Positions 1 through 12,641 of a stretch of DNA of 64,000 nt are shown here, piece after piece. The stretch is taken from NCBI RefSeq assembly GCF_006345805.1, contig NC_042999.1:168826001-168890000 (forward strand). Direction: 5' to 3'. Origin of the DNA: Octopus sinensis (Eukaryota). Numbering within the stretch: position 1 is the stretch's first letter; the number at the start of each line of letters is the position of its first letter. Made by a program: the position numbers and the translations under genes. The notes beneath the pieces are model-generated. The model worked only from the letters and a program-made list of their open reading frames with translations, was not told the DNA's origin and did no database searches.

Positions 1-466
1 AATATAAGTAAATATAAATATAAGTATAGATTACATCTTACAGCTGTAAAATGTAATCTATACTTATGTTTATGTTTGCTTATATTTATATTCTCTTTTA
101 TATATACTCTACTTATTATACAACATTACTCTTTTATGTACATTCCTTGTTGTTCTGCTTTTTATATCTAACCCTACAGTCTCTTTTGTGGTGGTTTAAT
201 AAAGTATGTGATTGAGTATTATCTGGTAATTGATATTTGATTTAGTTGTATTTCTCCATTTTCTTATCTTGTATTTCTCCATTTTCTTATCTTGTATTAG
301 TAATTTGTGGTAAATCATTTTACCTTTGCCCATATAATACAGTAAAGGAATTGATTGCATCGCAATCATTAACATTTATGTATTAACTTTGTTGGGTACT
401 TCACTAGCAGTATATTGGATATATGTTATCCCATGGAGGGTTGCATTTACAACCCCTATCTCAATT
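1..466 (+). mobile_element. Non-coding Penelope-derived (pLTR-like) element, beginning with a fold-back hairpin
   Basis: 1-86 is a near-perfect palindrome centred on ACAGCTGT, which resembles an HHR stem III. Related segments recur at 13330-13500 and 35600-35845. Ends in (TA)n. Confidence 0.55.
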
Positions 467-580
467 TGTATATATATATATATATATATATAGTGAAAGT
501 TTACGAAAAAAACAAAAGACGAAGACAGGTGGTGTACAAAACAAACAGATGTATTAGTATAGCGCTCAGGAATAGAAAAA

Positions 581-624
581 GTCTTTTACGTTTCGAGCCT
601 ACGCTCTTCTACAGAAAGGGACAC
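581..624 (-). ncRNA. Hammerhead-like motif with variant core (CUGUAGA)
   Basis: Minus strand reads CUUU-CUGUAGA-A-GAGC(GUAG)GCUC-GAAA-CG-UA-AAAG. Stems I and II pair. Position A6 is U. Lies in a ~180 bp element (493-671) flanked by (TA)n. Confidence 0.55.
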
Positions 625-787
625 TGAAAAAAATAAGGAGAGAAAAAATGTGTGTAGTGGCTAACGATCTATAAACATATATAAATGTATGTGTGTATAT
701 ATATATGTGTGTATATATGTGTGTGTGTGTATACATGTGTATATGTATATATATGTGTGTGTATATGTGAATATATATGTATATGTT

Positions 788-849
<62 letters not shown>

Positions 850-1236
850 TATATATGTATGTATGCACGTATGTATGTATTATGTATGTATGTATATAAA
901 TGCAGTATAAGGAAAAGAAAAATTGTGGGTATAGACGATCTTTAATTCATAATCCACATTGGTACAGAAGCAATATACGTTCTACAAATTGTTTCGGTGT
1001 CTAATTAATTCCAAACCCCAAAACGAAAGACTCTTCTTGAAATAAAAATTAGATTCTATGTCAGGAATTACATACTGGTAAGTATGATTACGACCAACAA
1101 AAATATACAAAGGCAGAAACTGAAAGAAGCCCGTTGTGTGTATATATATATATATATATAATATAATATATATATATATATATATATAATATATATAATA
1201 TATATATATATATATAATATAATATATATATATATA

Positions 1237-1302
<66 letters not shown>

Positions 1303-1472
1303 TATATATATATTATATATATATATATACATACATACATACATACATTCATACATACATACATACATACATACATACATACATACATACATACATGCAT
1401 GCATGCATGCATACATACATACATACATACATACATACATACATACATACATACATACATACATACATACAT

Positions 1473-1634
1473 ACGACGGGCGTCTTTTAGTTTCCGTCTG
1501 CCAAATCCACTCACAAGGCTTTGGTAGGCCCCAGTCTATACTAGGAGACACTTGCTCAAGGTGCCACACTGTGGGACAGAACCCAGAACTGTGTGGTTAG
1601 GAAACAAACTTCTAACCACACAGCCATTCCTGCA

Positions 1635-1638
<4 letters not shown>
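1473..1638 (-). mobile_element. tRNA-derived SINE family 1, 5' half
   Basis: Reverse complement matches the head of the full copy at 38488-38940 (A/B-box-like head, ggcaccttgagcaagtgtct core). Followed by the SINE's internal (TATG)n/(TA)n microsatellite. Confidence 0.85.
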
Positions 1639-1677
<39 letters not shown>

Positions 1678-1679
<2 letters not shown>

Positions 1680-2105
1680 GTATTTCAAAATAGAAAATTA
1701 CCCTTTAACAGGTAATTTTACATGCTAGAAATAGCAGCCAAACACGGCCAAAAACCACAATTTTATAGCAAATTTCGAAGTAAATGAAAAATAAAAAATA
1801 AAATAAGAACCTTTACCTTGTTATATAACGGTTATACCATGGTTTCAGATTTCTTTAGCAAATAATATCGCTTGCCATCTTTTAATAGATAATTTAGCAA
1901 GACCATATTATCTACCAAGGCGAATCCTCGTCAGTAACCGGCCTAAACAACTAACTTATAATTCAGAGACAAGATAAAGGTAAAGGTTTTTATCTTTCAT
2001 TTACTTCGAAATTTGCTATAAAATTGTGGTTTTTGGCCGTGTTTGGCTGCTATTTCTAGCATGTAAAATTACTTGTTAAAGGGTAATTTTCTATTTTGAA
2101 ATACG
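1678..2105. repeat. Fold-back inverted repeat (~115 bp arms) enclosing a hammerhead
   Basis: 1678-1790 is the near-perfect reverse complement of 1995-2105. Flanked by (TA)n. Confidence 0.9.
1829..1940 (-). ncRNA. Type I minimal hammerhead ribozyme (Penelope-type) with long stem II
   Basis: CGGUUA-CUGACGA-GGAUU..long hairpin..AAUCU-GAAA-C(CAUG)G-UA-UAACCG. 6 bp stem I, palindromic stem III ACCAUGGU, GUA cleavage triplet. Confidence 0.9.
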
Positions 2106-2174
2106 AATATGTTGTCTATTGACTTTTTATACATGCTAGGCCACTGGTGGTGATATTTATAACGAGTATTCGCC

Positions 2175-2228
<54 letters not shown>

Positions 2229-2259
2229 ATATATTATATATATAATATATATATATATT

Positions 2260-2347
<88 letters not shown>

Positions 2348-2967
2348 CAACAATATATATATACAACACACATACACACACACAGACGACACACACACAC
2401 ACAACACACACACGAGATTTTTTCTCTTGGCTGCACGTGTGGAAATTTTAAAGTTTAGTGGAAATTTTTGAATTTGGTGTATTGATGTAATTTTCCACGC
2501 TGAATCTCAAGAGATAATTCACTTTTGCCAGAAAGTGTTTTTTAAATAAAGTTACAAAGGTTTAAAGTTTGATAATTTTTCCCCAGTCAGAAAACAGGAT
2601 TTAGAAGCTCTCATTTTGAGCGTGACAGCACGTTTTGCCAATTGTCAACAAATGAAATATTGATTGAATCCTTCTTTACTCACGCTATATAAACCGTCAT
2701 AACCTTTTCATATTTTGGAATTTTCCGATAATTTACGAATTTGTATTCTATGCACGAGAATTCATACGACTGGGCAAACAAACAAAAAATTCGTGCGTGA
2801 TTGAAGGCCTGTTTAGCTGTTATTTTTATCACATCTCGTATCGAATATGTTTTAAGTATTTAATAAGCGACAAAAGAACAACTGGTAAGCAGCTTGGTAA
2901 CAGCTTGTCACTATGGAAACAGGCACTTATATGTCTGTGGCCTTCAACTGCTAAAATTACCCAAAAT

Positions 2968-3193
2968 TTACTTTCGTTACCAACCCGGCTGAAACCGGCT
3001 CTGGCTCTTTAGTATAAATGTCTGGTTTTCAAAAGTTCTGAATTAAAACCTTCCACCAAACCTTAGTCACAATTTATGTCCCTAACTCTAGCTGAATGAT
3101 AACTAAGTTATTTTACTTAATTCTTTGTTATATTTAACATAATTGGAAGAAACACTGAGCATCTCAAAATAAATTCAGTAATGAAAGGGTTAA
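2968..3193. mobile_element. piggyBac-like MITE (degenerate)
   Basis: Right end gtaatgaaaggg-TTAA. Left end tta-ctttcgttac is its degenerate inverted counterpart. Confidence 0.5.
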
Positions 3194-3239
3194 AAGCTAT
3201 TGACTTTTTATTGATTTATGGCGAAAATGAAATTCATTC

Positions 3240-3381
3240 TTTTATTCTTTACTTGTTTCAGCCACGAGACTGCGACCAGGCTGAAGCACCGCCTTTAGTC
3301 GAATAAATCAACCCTAGGACTTGTAAGCCTAGTACTTATTCTATTTGACTCTTTTTACCGAAGCGCTAAGTTACGGGGACA
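3240..3381 (-). mobile_element. SINE family 1, 3' fragment
   Basis: Matches the reverse complement of the tail at 38790-38935 (ggcggtgct..cagc..ctgaaacaagtaaa). Confidence 0.75.
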
Positions 3382-4317
3382 AGTTACAAAACAGCACCAA
3401 TACGCCAAATATGAAATCAATTTGAACAAAAATTGAAGAAATTGAAAAGTGGCAGCCAAATAGGAAAGATCCCATACTATATATATATATATGTTTATGC
3501 ATATTCACACATCAACAGATGTATCCAAAAATGTATTCCTCCGTACACCCCCTCGTGCATATCTACACATACATGTACGTACATATTTCTTTGTATATAC
3601 ACATGTCAGTACCTGTTCGCAAAGGCACTCAGTGTCTAGTGGCACTCAGACACCTATACAGACATACTTCCAGGTTACACTGATAAGTAAACATTAATTT
3701 CAATACATATTGTATAAGTTCGAATTACATAGCTAGTTAGTACGTATTGCTTGGATAAACAGTCTATAATTGAATGGTCCGCCTTTATGAGTTAATGGAA
3801 TACAACAGTCTGCGCCAGATGATGCAACACAACCAGTCGTATAGTACCCCACCCGCAAGGGACCTATGCAAGATGGGTCGAAACGATCCTTGTGATGAAT
3901 AAAGATTCTCCTGAATTCCATTTTCCGTTTCCCTCATTCATTATAAACTCAACAAACACAGCGGAATTCCTGAGATAGATTCAGTGAAAGTGCTTTAATC
4001 GGCATACTACTAGGTGTATACGTAAAGTCTAAATAATTACTTTATATATATATATTCAATAATAGTAGATTGACTTGATTAAATTAAATTTAATTTAATT
4101 AGGCTGGTTTGCCAAAAAGTATGTCGAAACAATGCATTGACCAAGGATGATTAGGGTAAATGTTTTTGATTTTCCTTTGATTTCTGAATTACTACTATTT
4201 AGCGGTTTGAGTTTGGCTGCTGTTTCTGGTGAGTCGAATGGCCTATCAGGGCCATTCCTTAATATTGTTGAAATTATATATATATAAGATATGCCATAAT
4301 ATATAAGATAGGCCATA

Positions 4318-4760
4318 ATATACATCTAGAAGATCCTGGAGGGACGTGTCCCAAACTTTGGCATCGAGAGTTACACAAATGCCAGAACTGGGCGCCACTG
4401 CGTGGTGCCTAGGACTCCAAATTTGCCATCAAGATGTAGGACAAGATACTGTGATAACCTGGGCTTCCGAGGCCTACAGCTCTTCAATATCCTCCCGAAG
4501 AACCCGAGAGACCTGCATGGGGTGGATGCAGATGTCTTTAAAATGAAACTGGATCTCTTCCTGTCAGGTGTCCCAGATGAACCAACTTCACGGCAGGAGG
4601 TGCAGATGAGGGCAGCTGCATCGAACTCTCTCATGCACCAAATGGCAGTTGCTAAAAAGCTTTCGTGAAGTAAAACCAAGTAGCAACACCAAATGGCGGT
4701 GCCCCAGCATGGCCACAGCTCATGAGCTGAAACTAGAATCAATCAATCAGAATCAATCAT
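4318..4760 (+). mobile_element. CR1/L2-group LINE 3' end (ORF2 C-terminus, 3' UTR, (AATC)n tail)
   Basis: Translates to KILEG..GFRGLQLFNILPKN..VFKMKLDLFLSGVPDEP. Short tandem tail. Clade is tentative. Confidence 0.7.
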
Positions 4761-4789
4761 ATAGTCTGTGACTATTTTCTCTTTCTCAC

Positions 4790-7700
4790 TGGACCGCTGG
4801 TGGCGAAAAAAATTTCTATTGAATTTTTTGCTACCCTTATATTGATTAATATATATATATATCTTAAAAAGCGGTAAAGTATTTCTCCAAAATCGTGTGT
4901 TTTTAAGGTTTATATATCAATCAATGTACTGAGACAATGGCCTACCAATTTGTTGTTATTGTTATTTTCGTAATATTTCGCTGCTGATAGTGATTTAGTA
5001 CCTGCCACTGTTGCCAGTGCTATTCTTCAACTTTATTTTCCAATTTGTAAATGGTGATCGATTTTCAACTATCTCTGTTTAAAATTAGTTATTTTAGCGG
5101 ATGTCAACTACTATGAGTTTCTGGTTGTGAACAGGTGAATTTAAAAACAAACAAAAAAAATCCTTAATCTGTAATACTCGATTTGCTGTAATACTCGATT
5201 TGCTGTTAATCGCTTGAACTCTTTTCTGTAAACATTTGATTTACTTTAGTAGCAGGCCTATTTATTTGACCCAGATATAAGAGTAACAGAAGTACATGTA
5301 AATTGCCTGGCTAAGATTAAATGAAGTGAGTTTACATGGCTGTTGTTAGTTCCTGCCTTATTTTTTCTTTGTTTTTATTCAAATTATGTTTTCACACAGA
5401 ATATCCAATATACCACGGAATACTCGGCTGCCTCTAGAAAAATTTCCAAAAAAAGAAATGAAAAACGCTACTGTGTTGGCAAAGGGACATCTTGCAAACA
5501 TTTTCTTGGTTTCAAAAAAAAGAAAACAGAAGCTAATGAAGAATCAATAACAGATGTCTCTTTTAAGAAACTAGCTGCACTCCCAAGTGCATCTGCAAAA
5601 ATAGGAGAAACATATCAGCTGAAGATATTGAAGGTGGAGAATTACTGCATCCTGCTGGCACGGATAGTAAAGTGCCATCTTAAGTTCTGGACCAAGCTAG
5701 GTAGTTTTCTGCAGGAGAAATGCATGTGTCCATGTTCCTTTAGAACGCAGAATCTTGATACCATTATAAAAAAGGGGGAAGGCAGACTGGATGGGCCCTA
5801 TCATTATTTTAAAAATTCAGTGTTTTATACTATTTGTGACAATGATGAACAGTGTTTGAGAAAGTGGGTCTTGTACAGCCCATTAAAGAGTGCAGTTCAT
5901 TGTTTTTACTGTATTTTATTTTCAAGCTGCCATGACAGGTTTTTCAAAAAGGATGGTTTTAAGGATTAGAAAAAAAGCAGAGAAAAATTAAAACACACGA
6001 ATAAAGCCAAAACCACAGAGATCCTGGGTTGCAGTTCACATGATTTACGTAGGGCATGGTCTGTTAATAGGGAGTTGGGAAAGCAAGTACGGGAAAATAA
6101 GAAATATTGGACTGAAATATTGCATTGTGTTGTGACCGTGACAGTATTTCTAGCCAAAAGAGGCCTGACGTTTAGGGGTAGTGAAGAATTCATAGGATCT
6201 AAGCATAATGGGAACTTTGGAGAAATTATGGAACTTACTGCACAAGTTGATCCATTTCTAATGGGTCACTTAAAAGCAATTGGCAATCCCGGAAGTGGTA
6301 AGCAGTTATACATATCACTGCCATTTACAAAGAAATTGTTCCGTTGAATACAAAATATGGGAATCATATTGCAGCAGCACTTAAAACTGCCGAGTATTTG
6401 TCAGTTTCTGTAGACTTCTGTAGATTTTGTAGATTTAACGCGCTCATGATGACCAGCAAACAGTTAGTGTGCACTATACTGTTTCTGGGAAGCCGATAGA
6501 AAGGCTTCTAACTTTCCTGCAGACTGGTTCTCTCACACAGTGAGGTAATGAGTAGCGACTACATCTGTGTTAGAATTTCTTTAAAATTGAAGACTGGAGG
6601 TACGGTTCTGTGATGCTGGCAATACACAGGAATGCGAACCAAACTCAAGGAAAAGAACTTGATTTCAGTTTCCTGTGCTGCTTATTCATTGAATCTTGTT
6701 GGACACGCTAACACTTCTTGTGTTGAAGCTGTTGGCTATTTTGGCTTCATACAAAAGGTATACACTTTTTTCTGCGTTGACATACAGATGGGCAAATATC
6801 ATGAAATCTTTGGAAGGAAATAATATAAAACTAACTTTGAAGTCCTTGTCAGAAACTCGTTGGTCAGAATGAGCATAGGCTACTGAAGCCCTCCTTGATG
6901 GATATAACTGTATTCAAAATGCATCCAGAAATATTGAAGATGATTTAGAATAAACACCTAAAGCAAGATATGAACCTCAGACATTGGCAAACAAAATGGT
7001 CTTTCTTGAAATTGCTCTAATGGTTAAGATCTGGAATTCAATTTTTACACAGTTGATCTGAATAAAGTGATGGGTCTAACTGATACCTTGGAAAACTTCC
7101 TGAAATTATATTGGGATAAGTATGTAGATTTGCAACTGGATGCCTGGAACATGTGGGGAAACACAGACAATAAAGCAACAATAGATAGACCAAGGAAGAG
7201 AAACAAATATGATGCAAATGTAGAATCACCATCGGAGGAAGTTGTCCTTTCTGCAAGAGAAAAAAATTAGAAGTAAGTCTTTCAAAGTCATTTTAGATAA
7301 GTTGTTTGTCGACTTACAAAACACAGAGTAGATTATCAGTAAGTGCATGTAAAGTTCAAAGCTACAGGGAACTTATGTAATTTATTTGATGCAGATAAGA
7401 ACTGAAACTGAGAAACCTATCACTGCGATTTTAGTCTTGTTTCACCCCATTTCAACAAGCACTTTTAATTCATAATGTAAGGACTTGCTAAAACCATTTC
7501 AACGGATGATGTAGCTCTTAGAATGCATTTGATCTTTATGGTTACTAGTCGTTCAGGAGAGAGGCATTTAGTAAATTGGGACTGATAAAGAATTATCTGA
7601 GAACCATGATGACGCATGACTAAGTACTCTATGTCTTTTGGATGTAGAGAGTAGTTTTCTGAAGACGATAAAGTTCAAGGAAATCATTAAAGAGCTTCAA

Positions 7701-7978
7701 ATTCCAAGTGTAGAAAGAAAGATGTTTTCGTATGTTTTGTAGCAGTGCATAGTGGTAAGTTGCTAAAACTTGCTGTACTTAGTTTAGATGACAAAATTTT
7801 GCATTGATAGATGCACTTAAACTTTCTATGTGCTATCTAGTCAATTTCAAACATATGCAATTGGCGGACTTTGAGATGTAAATATGGTGATTTTTCATGG
7901 ATATTAATTTCTGCGTATGAGGGGTCCACCAAACTTGAAGTGCTCCAGGCCCCACACGTTTTTTTTTATCTGCTCTGA
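4790..7978 (+). mobile_element. Decayed hAT transposon (ZMYM1-like/DUF4371 transposase)
   Basis: TTF-type finger (RKWVLYS..HCFYCILF), DUF4371 block (FLAKRGLTFRG..NGNF), C-x-x-H-like SCAAYSLNL, KSLSETRWS, and a hATC-like ER.FSKL..IKNYLRT block near 7540-7610. Many stops and frameshifts. Ends approximate. Confidence 0.85.
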
Positions 7979-9299
7979 TAATGTATCTGATTATGTATCT
8001 TTTATGTGTATGTGTGTGCTCTTTGTGTTGAATATGTGCACTGTATCTTGCGTGTGTATCTATTTTTTTCTGAGTGGATATTTGTGTCCATTACACGTAT
8101 GTGTACATTTGGTGCTGTGTGGGTATGAGTGTGTATAGGTATGTGTAAGTGTGAATGTTGTCTGTATATGTGTGCCAGTTGTGTTGTGCGCATTTGTGTT
8201 ATTATGCTTGTATAAGTGTGTATGTTGAACTTATACATGAGTATTTATTTCGGAATATTTGGATAAGATTTGATTTTAAGTTTATTCATAGGTGACTGTA
8301 AGTGCGAGTACGTGTGTATATACGTGTGTGTTTGTCTGGGTGTATTTACACATGTCTGTGAGTGCGTTTTAAATTTTTTCTGAGAGTGGGTGTGCGTGTC
8401 TGCATTTTCTTCTTCCCTTATTTCGTGTCCCTCCATCCGTTTCTTACGGTTTTATGCTTGAGGGTTATAATAATGCGCATAAATTATATATATTTTGATA
8501 TATATCTTTTTCTGTTGTCTGTGTAGTGGTTATTGCTTAACAATGATCTCAGATGTTCCAGCTATGACAGCCGTATCTTTTATGCAACCAAGGACTATTC
8601 TCATATGCCCTCTTATTTTTTGTTAAGGATGGTAGGGTGGTTTGAGTTAGATTTAGCGACAATTACAAGCAGATCGTTCGGCTCTCTCACCTCCGCTATA
8701 TCCCCACGACAGCAACCACTATCTTGTCAAGCCATCTGTTATTTCTCGCCCACTATATTTGCCATGAACAGCAATTTGAGCAGCCTTGCATGGTTTTTAG
8801 CCATGTTAGATATAAATACAATTTTCCTTCACATAAAACCCCGCTCTGTTAAAAGCTCTGGGATACATTGTACAATGTAGTCCTGGACATATAGAAACAG
8901 TTGGGATGGTCATGGTGGAACTCATTCATTACAGGTCTTCATGATTAGAGCTAAACAATGAAAACACCAAAGGGATGGTCGCTTGACATGTTAAACATAA
9001 CTGGCAAATCTGCATCAAGTCATAACCTACCAAATTAAACAAAGAAGGTCACGTAGAAAAATGTTAACCCAAATAGAACTAGAAAGTGTATCTGTCTGTA
9101 TGCACATGCATACACACACACACACACAATATATATATATATATATGTGTGTGTGGTGTGTGTGTGTGTGTGTGTGTGTTAGATAAACACACACACATAT
9201 GTATAAATCTATCATATAGATATAGATCCAATATAGGTAGAATTAACAAATAAAGTACTTCATCCAGTGAGAGATAAATATCGACTTTATACACAACCG

Positions 9300-10185
9300 A
9301 AAGAGCTTCTAATAGTTTCATGATTTCTATGATACTTTAACCAGGCATATTTATAAAATACGCCATATATCTCTCAGCAATCTTTCAGTCTCTGTTTATT
9401 CGTTATATATAATTTAAATAAACAAAGGTGCTGGGCAGCGAGAAAATAAGCAAAAACGTGAAAACAACGCGAAGAAGGTTGATGCAAAAAATGGAACGAG
9501 AAGAAAGAAACAAAATCAAGAAAACGGAGATACTTGATAGCAGAAACCACAACTAATACAGCTAGTATAGAAGAAAATAACAGAAAATATGTAAAAGTCT
9601 GTAAGACAACAATTCATTCCGGAGAATGTTAGATCTGGAAGCAATGTGTTGGAGTTGTTGGAGCTAAGAAGAATATGAAATCTTTCTGCGACGCATAAGT
9701 GCATTTCTTAGATCCATTAGCTTATGGGTTGGATTTCTCCAGGATCCTTCATTTGATTGCATGTGGTGTGAAGCTGGTCTCCAAACTCCAGCTTAGTTGC
9801 ATTACTTTTGTCGATGTGCCGGAAAGAAAATGGGTGATGTGCATAACGTTTTTCGAATTCGCCATCCCATAGCCCATGTAATTCTTCATTTCGTTTGATT
9901 TATCTTCAAGTGTTACTTCTGCCTCGTATATTACGGAGTTTATCATAAAAGCCTGGTGAAGTGGGCAAGCTTCCGAATCTCCACAGTTACAGCTGGGAGG
10001 GGGCTCATGGGGATTTTCACGAGTTATAATGTTCTTCATCTTGGGACAGCAGCTGCATATTTTAATTGAACGTCTGCTAGAAATCTTCCTGTATTTATGA
10101 TTTGCTGGGAAACGTTTATCTAAAAGAGACAGGAATTTCTTGCCTACGTTAGTCTTAACATTTAGGGAGAAAGGAGGGGGTGAAT
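9300..10185 (-). mobile_element. Penelope-like element 3' fragment (linker + GIY-YIG) with degenerate pLTR
   Basis: FTPPFSLNVKTNVGKKFL..KRFP, CNC..CPL..VIYEAEV..YMG. Degenerate ctgaaagattg..catgaaact HHR-like relic near 9310-9390. Confidence 0.8.
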
Positions 10186-10499
10186 CATTCTTTCAGTGTT
10201 CTACTTGGTTATAACCAGAAATGACTGACGACAGTAGCATCTATTTTCTAGGTCGTTCAATGTATCTCAACTGATCAATGGGCAGAGTGAGTAAACCTAC
10301 CAATAACGAACTTATAATGAGTACTGGAAACAGTTACAAGTCAAATTTACTGCAACAAAGAAAAATATGCGATGACCATTATTCATATCTTGTCATATAT
10401 ATATACGTTTAGAAAAATTTAGATTCAAATGAATATTGTGCTTAAGTCAGATGCACCAGAATTTTGTACGGTGTTATCGATATAAATCCATGGGGTGAT

Positions 10500-10665
10500 T
10501 ATAATCAAAATAAGCAACAAGAATATCTTCTGTAATTTGGTACAATCGTTTCATGCTACATCATTTTATTAAACATTGTAAGTATAACAACAGTAATAAA
10601 ATGATGTAGCGTGAAACGATCGTACCAAATTACCGAAGATATTCTTATTGCTTATTTTGATTATA
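10500..10665. repeat. Fold-back inverted repeat; each arm carries an HHR 3' half
   Basis: Arms 10500-10571 and 10594-10665. GAAAC-GATC-GTA at 10613-10624. No CUGANGA present. Confidence 0.85.
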
Positions 10666-10676
10666 TATAAATATAT

Positions 10677-10713
<37 letters not shown>

Positions 10714-10728
10714 TGTATGTATGTATGT

Positions 10729-10886
10729 ATTATTTACATTATTTACAATTGACGGATATTTGTCCTCATCTTGTTGGCTGTTAACACAACGTTTCGGCTG
10801 ATATACCCTCCAGCCCTCATCGGATTTCTTGGGGCAATTTCGAACCTGGGTTCTCATTCCTAAGGTACTTTTCGATGTTGTTGTTG

Positions 10887-10943
<57 letters not shown>

Positions 10944-11068
10944 TATTATTATTATTATTATTATTCAGGTCACTGCCTGGAATTGAACTCAGAATCTTAG
11001 GTTAGCAGCCCGCGCTCTTAACAACTACGCCATATGCCCACGGGCATATAATAATAATAATAATAATA

Positions 11069-11100
<32 letters not shown>

Positions 11101-11271
11101 TAATAATAATAATAATAATAATAACAACATCGAAAATACCTTAGGAATGAGAACCCAGGTTCGAAATTTCCCCAAGACACCTGATGAAGGATGGAGGATA
11201 TATCAGCCGAAACGTTGTGTTAACAACAAACAAGATGAGGACAAATATTCGTCAAATGTAAATAATGTAAA
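10729..11271 (-). mobile_element. tRNA-headed, (AAT)n-containing, hammerhead-bearing SINE-like element with an inverted duplicate
   Basis: Minus-strand head at 10966-11045 has A-box TGGCGTAGTTG and B-box GAGTTCAATTCC. Module 10729-10877 is the reverse complement of 11125-11271. Confidence 0.75.
11176..11221 (+). ncRNA. Minimal type I hammerhead (AACGUU palindrome)
   Basis: GACAC-CUGAUGA-A-GGAUG..CAGCC-GAAA-CG-UU-GUGUU. The mirror copy at 10783-10828 has a perfect stem II but a CCGAUGA core. Confidence 0.75.
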
Positions 11272-11374
11272 TAGTGAGCATAATGCCTCATCTATTAAAT
11301 ATAGAACTATATATATATGTGTGCGTGTGTATATACGTATATATATCAAGAGAGGGAGAGAGAGCGAGAGAGAG

Positions 11375-12110
11375 GTGGTCTGATCAATAAATATCTGGAT
11401 TGTTGCCATAATAACAAAGCTAGAGTACGTAGTGTGATACCGCTGTGCACAGATTGACCTTGAATGCTACTGTGCAAGCGCACTGAATTTCAACGTTCTA
11501 GCCCACTTACGCTCTTTACAGCAGTACTTGTAGCGTGTGATCGTCGCATTGACCATGAGTAGAGAATCCACATCAAATTTTGCCAAAAATTTGGCGATAC
11601 CTGCTGAGAGGCCTACGCAAAGTTTTCAACACAATCAAGAAGATCTTGTGCAACTGAAATTCGAGTGTCTTCTTGGTCAGCTGAAAGCAGTTTTGGCACA
11701 AACCTGGCTGACACTCGTTTCATACCCGAATCTTCAGTGATAATGGACTGAACTGAACCGTAACTTATCTGCACATCCTCTGATAACACACAGATGGTGA
11801 TTCGACGACTGCTTCTCACAGCTGCACGCACATCTGCAATGTTTTTCTCAGTTCTGCTGGCTGCGGGTCTCCCAGAACGTTCGTCAATATCGACATTTTT
11901 TTGGCCATCTTGGAAACGTTTGAAACACTCGTACACTTGTGTGCGACTCATACACTCCTCTTCATACACTTTCTGCAACTTTGCACATTTCTCTGAGCAG
12001 GTATCGTTATGACAACTTTATCTGTCATGGTCAATGCGATGACCACGCGCTAAACACCTTCCTTCCAAGCACTGCTGTAAGCAACGAAAGCGAGCAAAAA
12101 CATTAAAACT
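11375..12110 (-). mobile_element. mariner-derived element made of two inverted 5' ends
   Basis: ORF 11613-11978(-) is a mariner N-terminal HTH region (RTQVYECFKRF..ERSGRP..ARFVPKLL). 11480-11622(+) is a diverged inverted copy of 11975-12110. TIR-like ggtctgatcaataaatatctgga at ~11376. Confidence 0.75.
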
Positions 12111-12275
12111 TAGTTGAGGTTTTATTCCTTAAATTTTTACTCCTTAAATTTTTGATATTCAGTTATTATTTTTATTTATTATTTGTATTTCTATTCATTT
12201 GTACATGTATATTGAAGATATAGAGTATCATGGAAGTATATAAGAGTTAGGGTAGTGAAAAATGTTGAGGAATCC

Positions 12276-12375
12276 AGACCTGAAGATTGGGAGTATGTCG
12301 ATCCGAGTAAGTATTGAAACTAGATACCTCGTATCTAATCATTACCGACGTACTTTAATGAAACACGTGTAGTCT
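12276..12375 (+). ncRNA. Type I hammerhead with long stem II
   Basis: AGAC-CUGAAGA-UUGGGAGUAUGUCG..CGACGUACUUUAA-U-GAAA-C(ACGU)G-UA-GUCU. Confidence 0.85.
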
Positions 12376-12641
12376 TGTAAACGGAAAATAGAGGATTCAG
12401 AATAGATATAGTTAGTGTAGGATTTAATTTTTAACATTTTCTGGAGTGGTAGGTATAAAACATTTCAGTGTTGATTGAGTTGAAGGTGGTTCTGTCTCTA
12501 AAATTATTTTTATATATACGAATTAAACATTGAGAGATGTTCGTTTTAGTACATCTAATTTGAATGTCTTTCTCCTGTGTACTTGGAAGTAATATTCTAA
12601 TAATTATTATACATATAATATATATATTATATATATATATT

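Noticed and set aside
978-1010. Hammerhead at gaaacaatttgta (minus strand)
   Set aside because: Only a 3' half-like string, with no upstream CUGANGA.
5343-7700. Host ZMYM1-like gene
   Set aside because: Multiple stops and frameshifts and a transposon-like end indicate a decayed hAT transposase.
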